Below the pieces are notes generated by a model that did no database searches, was not told where the DNA came from, and saw nothing but the letters and a program-made list of their open reading frames with translations. From IMG/VR virus record IMGVR_UViG_3300046318_000520, positions 1-64,000 of that record: a stretch of 64,000 nucleotides of DNA, one strand, 5' to 3'. The translations under genes and the position numbers were made by a program. This document shows, piece after piece, positions 28,801 through 35,867 of this stretch (the first letter of the stretch is position 1; the number at the start of each line of letters is the position of its first letter). The stretch is from a virus.

Positions 28801-31096
28801 GGGTACCGGAAAGATGTTTAGAGACAAGGAATACTTTGTTGGTAGATTCAACTCACTTAATGATGTAACAGGTTTTAAAAGAAAAGCATCTGGTGATTAT
28901 GATCTTATAGATGCAAGTGAAGCTGCTGCTAATCATGTTAGTCCTCAGATGGTAAATGAAAATGGGGAGACCAGGTCTGCTGGTCTATTGATAAAGAAAA
29001 ACTCTCCCAATAACTATAACCTATACGGCAATATAACAGGAGGGCATATCATTGTTACTTCTCCTGATTATAAAAAGCAAATTCTTATCAGTGGTAGTCT
29101 TACCGATGTAGATACTGCCATGAACAAGTTTATGAAAGATAACAAGCTTACAAAGGTAAATTTTGTACAGCTGGATAACGGATCTTTTAGCAGAAACTTT
29201 AAAACAGCTGATAACAAAATTACTGCTAATGACTGGCAAAAGTTTGATGATAGAAATACATCAGGTGGTAGCGGTTTCTTTTTACAGGGATCGGGTATGA
29301 AAAATGGCGGCCCTATTGTAGATCAGCGTGGTCAATGGGCTCATCCTGGTAAAGTGACCAGGATACCTTCTAATCAAATCACTATGCAGGGAGTACCGTA
29401 TCCTGTATATGGTGTAGGGAATAACGGCAAGTCTCAAATGATGTACCCAGGACAAGACTATAGTTTTGGTGGAGCATCTTATGTAGATGAATATCCAATG
29501 ATGCAAAAGGGCGGTAGTCTACCTGCTTATCAAATGAGAGGACAGGTTGCACCTACTTATACAGATAATACAAGAGTAGTAAGTCCAATAAGAAAAAATA
29601 ATTTTCCAATAGGTATTGTAAATGAACCTGATACTTTAAAATATCTTAAAGTTAAAGATGATCCACTTTGGGGTGATCCATATAAGTTTTTGATGAATTG
29701 GTATAATGATCCGGCAACTAAAAAAAGATTAGAAGCAGATAATCTTCCAGAAAGACCAATGACTCATGCATTAAATCAAAAAAGATATGATAATTATGAG
29801 GACTGGTATTTAGCAACAAAGGATAAAAATAAAAAGGATGCTCAAACAAAATATGGAGATAATTTTTCTAAAGTTCGTGAATACACTAATAAACTTGATA
29901 AATATACAGAAACTGAGTTTGACCACCTTAGTACAACAACTAATGGTTTTCACAATCCTTGGGACTCACTTGTAGCTCTGAATACAAGTTTTATTAATAG
30001 GACTAAAGACGAGCAAATGCGTACTGCAGTCCATGAACTAACTCATGCTACAGGTTTAGATTATTATTATAAAAATTACTTTACAGAGAATAAACCTAAA
30101 AACCCAGGCAGTGAAGCAGGTGATTATTTTAATAGTAATCCTGAAGAAATATATCCACGTATTCAAGATATCAGATTTCAGATGTGGAATAAAAGTAAAA
30201 TAGCACCTGGTACAAAAATTACCCCACAGATGTTAGAAGGTTATAATAATAATAATACTATAAACTTACGAGAGTATTATTCTCCAGAGGAACTAGCTAA
30301 AATAATGAATGAGGTAGCATCTTCATCTGGTAATAAAAAACCAATGGCTGAAGCTAAGTATGGTGGTGGATTACTTAGTAAAACAGTAAGCTGTTCTAGC
30401 TGTGGTCATTCCTGGAAATCTGTAGACGGTGGTGGAGATCCTCTGCATTGTCACAAGTGTGGTGGTATGGTAAAGATGCAAGTAGGTGGTCAGCAAAATT
30501 TATGGAATACTAACAGAACTCAATGGGTGGATAGCGTCAACAACGCTAACATGGTTAAGAACTTTGTACAGAGAGAGTACCTAAAGAACGGACCTAGTAT
30601 GCAAATTCCTGGCAAACCAGGTAGAAGTACTCATTACATGGAGGAATCTGACGGTATGGTTTATCCTACTGTCGTACAATTTCCTGGTCAACAGGGTGTA
30701 CAATATCTGAACAAGTCTGATAAAAATGGAGCTTATAACTATGCAAAAAAGACCGGTGAGTTTATAAAGTTCCCTACTGTAGAACAAGCTTTATGGTATG
30801 CTAGTGATGGTTATAAAACTGGTACTGGTGTAACAATAGGTAATAAAAAAAGTGGCGGACAACATGGTGGACTAGATCGTTGGTTTGCAGAAAAGTGGGT
30901 GGATGTAAAGACAGGTAAAGCATGTGGCAGACAAGAGGGTGAAAGTAGAGCTGGTTACCCGGCATGTCGTCCTTCCAGAAGAGTATCATCCCAGACACCA
31001 AAGACTTCTTCAGAAATGAGTGCTGCTGAAAAAGCTAAGTTTAAAAGAAACAAGACAGGCAGTGAACGCATAAACTATAATCACAAAAGAAATTAA
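25817..31096 (+). CDS. Modular virion cargo polyprotein A (two zincins, DUF3597-like, Zn-ribbon, DUF5872-like half)
   Basis: 1759 aa with HEIGH (26921) and HELTH (30032), SIVDFL...RKELAEKYG...N, CxxC..CxxC and GLDRWFAEKW modules. The modules are separated by xxGG linkers. Confidence 0.75.
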   Translation: MNKLLQHLIDSGDVSHKVLPSLMKFQMKGEVPASLKPIPRSVGDIAGMKKPVIQMTAEEAKKRQLQMMAQQALANQATVTSPLMTSIPMDRNAIIERNRQHAAATGKRFNPNTGAVTQLLSDNTDRTMRRAQENIVDPMLELEMALSGAKFVGQGLKAAGKFALNKSANKVSGISNSVPANSANRVNWELSVPDAPTAIKIREGVGNANATIQNEGSGIYSELSSPEGMRRLKEQFRKVDPNYTEQQLQWLVSSRLGEVHDAIRLNKNRYFLEHGEGAAGSRTENMLRDFYPFQNAHFSSYNPYPVQTMDAPLSLFPNKPVSQLNTSGQYKQFNLFKTNGREVFVDPQNKAGTIALGEGLENNLRVLDHEIGHGIQKGGSMPIDEELLQLLKPKSAADRIWNKKLPKQSIGDLDYFTNSGGRTIKNEPYAFMSEQRRRMMEDGVLAHRYDKVTPLKLLKARFNASYLPDRNFLEGTRLIRFTPPWKYGKLAKIMNTAPAAVPAMGAATYLGTQGNDQEIKQEGGQYKGPSIVDFLATKGYSGKKSFRKELAEKYGVEGYNFSAKKNTELMNRIQENDDLLETYKQTMQPIPVQRMMEMERQQELRRSAPQNTNPVVQARDIPQVENNVPQNRGEIKRNQQVFPVPSNNQELQMYQPPRWNTTPQPSTTASTPGINPNTVWNTSGRNPRVVRPQSSSPLPGIDPNMIWNTTGRSPRVITEQQGNSSLPNIDPNVIWNRSGVSPRVVNTQPNPNLPTKSQDWGYDKVPNAESFFPFETFPGYPDQPAKAPVAQPAAAPDWRYVQPGKALPQDPFQQFPAYPESKVKQLPKKNTAQAAAINRTSPVNYSMVSDPSAFNDLVSLTANYAKRQYYKMFGDDDSQVSVLNQPVVNTPKKLPGNKPSQVVIPPQELPPAIIKGNNLWDEGNRVYHAPEIIDLNRTKWGHRNRGDRTEVNSAGYEFGVIDDPKNPNRIKSTKSINLDDSATYVGIDKEGKMKVGTGKMFRDKEYFVGRFNSLNDVTGFKRKASGDYDLIDASEAAANHVSPQMVNENGETRSAGLLIKKNSPNNYNLYGNITGGHIIVTSPDYKKQILISGSLTDVDTAMNKFMKDNKLTKVNFVQLDNGSFSRNFKTADNKITANDWQKFDDRNTSGGSGFFLQGSGMKNGGPIVDQRGQWAHPGKVTRIPSNQITMQGVPYPVYGVGNNGKSQMMYPGQDYSFGGASYVDEYPMMQKGGSLPAYQMRGQVAPTYTDNTRVVSPIRKNNFPIGIVNEPDTLKYLKVKDDPLWGDPYKFLMNWYNDPATKKRLEADNLPERPMTHALNQKRYDNYEDWYLATKDKNKKDAQTKYGDNFSKVREYTNKLDKYTETEFDHLSTTTNGFHNPWDSLVALNTSFINRTKDEQMRTAVHELTHATGLDYYYKNYFTENKPKNPGSEAGDYFNSNPEEIYPRIQDIRFQMWNKSKIAPGTKITPQMLEGYNNNNTINLREYYSPEELAKIMNEVASSSGNKKPMAEAKYGGGLLSKTVSCSSCGHSWKSVDGGGDPLHCHKCGGMVKMQVGGQQNLWNTNRTQWVDSVNNANMVKNFVQREYLKNGPSMQIPGKPGRSTHYMEESDGMVYPTVVQFPGQQGVQYLNKSDKNGAYNYAKKTGEFIKFPTVEQALWYASDGYKTGTGVTIGNKKSGGQHGGLDRWFAEKWVDVKTGKACGRQEGESRAGYPACRPSRRVSSQTPKTSSEMSAAEKAKFKRNKTGSERINYNHKRN
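27830..28051 (+). repeat. Three tandem ~27-aa coding repeats
   Basis: PGINPNTVWNTSGRNPRVV / PGIDPNMIWNTTGRSPRVI / PNIDPNVIWNRSGVSPRVV start at 27830, 27911 and 27995. Confidence 0.9.
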
Positions 31097-31107
31097 GAGT
31101 ATATACT

Positions 31108-33813
31108 ATGGCAAACAAACCTAATAACCCCAGCTTGTGGTCCCGTGCTAAGTCTTTAGCCAGGCAGAAATTTGATGTATATCCTTCTGCTTATGCTAAC
31201 GGCTGGGCCGCTAAGTGGTATAAAGGTAAAGGTGGTACCTGGCGTAAAGCCGAGTATGGCATGGAAGTAATGGAAGAAGGTGGTGTCCCTGATAATGAAG
31301 GCTTCAACGCTCTTCCTGAAAGGGTTCAGCAAATGATTATTAGCCGTATGGAACAAGGTGGAGAAAAGATGCCACCTGAAATAGCTCGTGCCCGTTTTGC
31401 AGCAGCAGGAAACATGGATCAAATGTCGGACTATGGTTATGCCTATGGTGGTATGACCTATCCTTTTATGGCAGATGGTGGTGAACCTAATGGTGGAATG
31501 GCTCTTGGTCAGATGGCAGCTGTACAGGATAAGATGAATAAGCTTTTACAGTTTGTTAAACCTGATGATAATCTGGATCCCTGGATAGCTTCTAAGCTGG
31601 CTGTTATGGATCATTCTGCTGATGCTATTGCTGACTACATGATGTACAACCCTGAAGCTCAGCAAGAAGATCAAATGATGGCTAATGGTGGATATGTAGT
31701 GAGCAGAAGCAATGACAGAAAAGGAAAGACCCATAAAGTAACAGGGCCTGATGGCACAGTAAAATACTTTGGTGATTCTAAACTAGGTCAGCATCCTAAA
31801 GATCCGGGAAGAAAAAAAGCGTTCTATGCCAGGCATAAAAAGAACTTAGCCGGTAACCCTTACTTTAGAGCATTTGCCAGAAAGACTTGGGAAGAAGGTG
31901 GTGAGATAGAAGAAATGAAAAATGGCGGAAGCACTTATGCTAATGGAGTGTGGTATCAAGAAGGCGGTCAAAACCAAGACTCAATTGTAGAAAACATAAC
32001 TGAGATATTTGATCCTACAGGTATTAGTTCATGGGATGATGTTTATCGTTCTTATAAGAAAAGTGGTTTTTCACCAGAAACTAATTTAGAAATATTTGGA
32101 GCAATACCTTTATTAGGAAAAGTAGCTAAAGCAGGTCAGTATTTAGGAAAACTGGGTAAAGCTGCTGCCGTTACTGCCAGGCAAAAAAACAATGTAAAAG
32201 CTGTATCTAAAGGTTTACAGGCTGCACCATATATTGGTCGTGGTACGGATGGTGCTCAAGCAGCACAGTCATTACCTTCTGCTCCCATAATGCCAAATTT
32301 TGGTATGGATAATATGCCTTTTGGTATGGGTGGGTATATTCCAGATTTATCTAAATATCAGTCTAAAGGTCAGGTGGATGAGAATGATACAGATTATATA
32401 CAAAGTATGTTTAGCATGGAGCAGCCTCAGAAGATGCCTGCTTTAAATCCTATTCCAGGCAGCATGCCTCCACAGGTAAACTATAATGGAAAGCAACAGG
32501 CTTACCTATCTGATATGTACGGATCTGGTATGATGACTTTTGATAACAAGCAGCAGATGGACCTTACAGGTCAGGGGGTAAATAACTATGCCTGGGATTC
32601 TTACGGTCAAAATCAAAGTGCATCTGGTAAGACTGCAGCAATGAGAGAAGCTGATAAGCCGTTTCAGATTGAGCAGCAAGAGGCTATTAATCCTATATAT
32701 GGAGATGTAGAAAAATTACAAGGTATGCTTAATGTTGCTTCCAGAAAAGATCTAAAATCATCTGTTCAAGAGTTTAATAATACATATGGCTCAGACATGA
32801 AGGTGCCTGGTTCTTATATGGGAGCGGATGGTAAAAAGGCTACCAGGAGAATAAACAACCTTTCTGATTTTCTGAGAAAGGGTATAAGCACCGCTTCTGG
32901 TGTTACGGATGTTTTCAACATGAGAAAAGGTAAAAGAGAACAGGAATGGAGAGACCGTAACCTGGGATCAACCAGTTCACTATATCCTGTTGTTCCTGAG
33001 AACATGTCTGGAAACAGAGGGGATTATGTTGTCACCGGCAGTCGGTATGGAGATTTTCGTCCTGATGAAAAAACAGTAAACCTGGGACAGTATACCGGTA
33101 AGTTTTACCCACAGTCAAATATGCAATTTGGTGGTGGTATAATAGATGAACAACTTTCTTTACCAGAAGAACTTATGCAGGATCCAGCAGCTTCAATGGA
33201 AATACCAGAGGAGTCTAACGCAGCTTATGAAAATAATACAACGCCTGTAAATTTTAATCTGACTAAGGACTATAAAGAATACGCTACTATTGCCAACAAC
33301 TTTATAAAACAAGTTAATCCTGATACAGATATTACAGGTGAAATGCTTGCCTACGGGGCTCAGATGGCAGAAAAGAAATATGGTAAAACAGTACCGGTAG
33401 AACTTGCATTAGCTCAGTTGCAACAAGAAGGGTATCTGGCTAAAACAAATAAACCAAACCGTCCTCAAAGAACCAAGAACCCATTTAATGTAGGTAATAC
33501 AGATGATGGAAGCAACATACCACATAATGATCTGCAGAGTGGTATTGATAGTTACTATAAATTAATGGCTACTAATTATCTGTCTACAAGAACACCTGAT
33601 CAGCTACTGCAAAATTTTGTAAATAAAAGCGGAAACAGGTATGCCTCAGCTGAGAATTATGAGTCCAGTCTCAGAAACATAATAGCAAAGATTAATAAAA
33701 CCCGTCAGACTAAGTTTGAGGAAGGCGGCTTTGTAGAGGGAGATGTCTATGAACTATCCGAAGAACAGATAAGGTCTATACTTTCCACTGGTGGGAATGT
33801 AGAATTTTTGTAA
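31108..33813 (+). CDS. Modular virion cargo polyprotein B with C-terminal glucosaminidase/lysozyme-like domain
   Basis: 901 aa with 11 Phi-x-x-GG motifs. C-terminal ELALAQLQQEG...NPFNVG...GIDSYYKLM...RYASAENY resembles GH73-type peptidoglycan hydrolases. Confidence 0.75.
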   Translation: MANKPNNPSLWSRAKSLARQKFDVYPSAYANGWAAKWYKGKGGTWRKAEYGMEVMEEGGVPDNEGFNALPERVQQMIISRMEQGGEKMPPEIARARFAAAGNMDQMSDYGYAYGGMTYPFMADGGEPNGGMALGQMAAVQDKMNKLLQFVKPDDNLDPWIASKLAVMDHSADAIADYMMYNPEAQQEDQMMANGGYVVSRSNDRKGKTHKVTGPDGTVKYFGDSKLGQHPKDPGRKKAFYARHKKNLAGNPYFRAFARKTWEEGGEIEEMKNGGSTYANGVWYQEGGQNQDSIVENITEIFDPTGISSWDDVYRSYKKSGFSPETNLEIFGAIPLLGKVAKAGQYLGKLGKAAAVTARQKNNVKAVSKGLQAAPYIGRGTDGAQAAQSLPSAPIMPNFGMDNMPFGMGGYIPDLSKYQSKGQVDENDTDYIQSMFSMEQPQKMPALNPIPGSMPPQVNYNGKQQAYLSDMYGSGMMTFDNKQQMDLTGQGVNNYAWDSYGQNQSASGKTAAMREADKPFQIEQQEAINPIYGDVEKLQGMLNVASRKDLKSSVQEFNNTYGSDMKVPGSYMGADGKKATRRINNLSDFLRKGISTASGVTDVFNMRKGKREQEWRDRNLGSTSSLYPVVPENMSGNRGDYVVTGSRYGDFRPDEKTVNLGQYTGKFYPQSNMQFGGGIIDEQLSLPEELMQDPAASMEIPEESNAAYENNTTPVNFNLTKDYKEYATIANNFIKQVNPDTDITGEMLAYGAQMAEKKYGKTVPVELALAQLQQEGYLAKTNKPNRPQRTKNPFNVGNTDDGSNIPHNDLQSGIDSYYKLMATNYLSTRTPDQLLQNFVNKSGNRYASAENYESSLRNIIAKINKTRQTKFEEGGFVEGDVYELSEEQIRSILSTGGNVEFL

Positions 33814-33833
33814 ATTTACAATATAAATAACGT

Positions 33834-35807
33834 ATGAAAACTTTCAAAGTTAGAATCACTAAATCCCCTGTAGAGCAGATGGCATACGGCGGTCAGTCCG
33901 GTTACGGGCTGGATCTCGGAAGAAGCAAGCTCTACACTGATATGGCTGAACTTCCTTCTGAAGGTGTAAGTTCTACAATGTCTGAAGAAGATGTATCTAA
34001 TGACGAGTATGTACTGGAAGCAGAAGGTGGAGAAACTATTGTACGCCCTGATGGTTCTCATTTTAATATTAACGGACCCAGGCATACGGCTAACGGGGTA
34101 AAACTTACAAACGAACAAGCTCCGGAAGGTTCTTTTATATTTTCTGATACTAAGAAAATGCGTATGAGTGGCCCGATGCTTTCCATGTTTGGCAAATCAG
34201 AGGCTTCTAAAAACAAGTATACTCCGGCTGAGCTGGCTAAGCAATACCCTACCAACAAGTATAGAGCTTTGGTAGATGACCCTAATGTAGACCCGCTTAC
34301 AAAAAAGACAGCTAACATGATGATTAAAAACAATATGACCAAGCTTGCACAGCTTGCCCTGGCTCAGGAGGGTATGAAAGGATTTCCTTCTGGTATTCCT
34401 GATATTGCCCAGAGCATCATGCCTATGGGAAACAGTCAGGAGATGGCTGAAGCAATGTATGGTGGGTATTACGCAGATGGTGGTGAACTTGACTTATACC
34501 AGGATAAGGGTCAGGTAACTCCTAAAAAACCTCAGTTAGTTGATAAAAAAGATATTGCCAGATATGAAGCTGATGGCTATAAAAAAGTTGGTCCAAATCT
34601 GTGGAGAAAACAAGGTAGTACCATAGAAACAAAAGATCCTATTATAACCAAAGGATCATCTACTACAAAAACTTCTCCGGGAATACCGGCACAAAAGGAT
34701 CAGTATAAAGGTCCAAAAATGTCTAACAGTGACTGGTTAAAGTTTTTACAAACTTCACAGGGTCAAAAGTACAAACAAAAATATATTACAGGCACACCAG
34801 GGGTTACTGAGAATGTTGTCATACCTGATAAAACAAATTGTCCTGACGGTTATACCCTAAATCCTACCACAGGTGTTTGTGAAAAAACTAATCCATACTC
34901 AGAAGAGATTACTATTAAAGATTCTTTAACACCAGGAAATCCTTCTAATCCTGTTTATCCAAACTATACATCAGGCAGGCTTCCTTTCTTTGGTTCCAGC
35001 TTGGGTGTTGCTCCATATAAGGAACAGTTCTACGGAGCTGACATGGACGCCATGATACCGGAGCCTACTTTTTATGATCCTGAGCGTGAGCTGGCGGCTA
35101 ATGCTGAGCAGGCTAACATAACACAGGGCTATGCAGCTAACTTTAGCAATCCCCAGGCTTTTATGGCCAATGCATCAGCCGTTCAGGGTAATGCCAGCAA
35201 GGCTGCTGCAGATACGTTAGGTAGATATAATAATCTAAATGTAGGTGTTGCCAATCAGTTTAGCCCGCTACAGACAGATATTATGAACAAGGTGATGGCT
35301 TATAGGGCAGACAGGGCTGATAAGCTTTTCTTTAATAATCAGCAGGGAAATAAGATGGATAAAAACAACCTGCGTCAATGGATGAATAACATAGAAAAGT
35401 ATAGAATAAATGACTATGTTACCAAGACCGGCATTGGTATGGAAAATGCAACCAATCCATACTTTGATCTGGTGCCTGGCAGAGGACAGATGAACATGCA
35501 AATGAAACCGGGAACTGACTGGTACAGTGCTGTAACAGGACAGAGTGCAGCTACTCCTGCAAGTTCAGAGCAAGATCTTGCTGAATATCTTAAAGCTGCT
35601 AAAGAATATGAATCACAAGGTATAAAGGAAAGCGTATTTATGCCTGCCCTGAAAAGAAGATTTCCAGGAATGTTTACAACTGTAACTGCCAACTCCGGCA
35701 GGGGTAATCAAATGGCTAACTATGCAAACCCTTACATGAATCTTTTAAACATGTACGGGGCCAGGGCAGCTTCTCCACTTAGCATGATAGATGCAGATTA
35801 CGAGTAA
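33834..35807 (+). CDS. Virion cargo protein C
   Basis: 657 aa. Contains an EAEGGE...GPRHTANGV...FIFSD module as seen in crAss-like cargo proteins, an Ala/Gln/Asn-rich helical C-terminal half, and xxGG motifs. Confidence 0.7.
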   Translation: MKTFKVRITKSPVEQMAYGGQSGYGLDLGRSKLYTDMAELPSEGVSSTMSEEDVSNDEYVLEAEGGETIVRPDGSHFNINGPRHTANGVKLTNEQAPEGSFIFSDTKKMRMSGPMLSMFGKSEASKNKYTPAELAKQYPTNKYRALVDDPNVDPLTKKTANMMIKNNMTKLAQLALAQEGMKGFPSGIPDIAQSIMPMGNSQEMAEAMYGGYYADGGELDLYQDKGQVTPKKPQLVDKKDIARYEADGYKKVGPNLWRKQGSTIETKDPIITKGSSTTKTSPGIPAQKDQYKGPKMSNSDWLKFLQTSQGQKYKQKYITGTPGVTENVVIPDKTNCPDGYTLNPTTGVCEKTNPYSEEITIKDSLTPGNPSNPVYPNYTSGRLPFFGSSLGVAPYKEQFYGADMDAMIPEPTFYDPERELAANAEQANITQGYAANFSNPQAFMANASAVQGNASKAAADTLGRYNNLNVGVANQFSPLQTDIMNKVMAYRADRADKLFFNNQQGNKMDKNNLRQWMNNIEKYRINDYVTKTGIGMENATNPYFDLVPGRGQMNMQMKPGTDWYSAVTGQSAATPASSEQDLAEYLKAAKEYESQGIKESVFMPALKRRFPGMFTTVTANSGRGNQMANYANPYMNLLNMYGARAASPLSMIDADYE

Positions 35808-35867
35808 ACCTTAAAAGTTTAGTTTTAAACTTTTAATATTTTAAGTTATATTATATTATAGACCTAT
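35805..35867 (+). promoter_or_regulatory. Bipartite regulatory element: TAAAC-N7-GTTTA box plus late-promoter motif, copy 2
   Basis: TAAACCTTAAAAGTTTA at 35805 and TTATATTATATTATAGACCTAT at 35846, overlapping the ATG at 35866. Confidence 0.6.
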
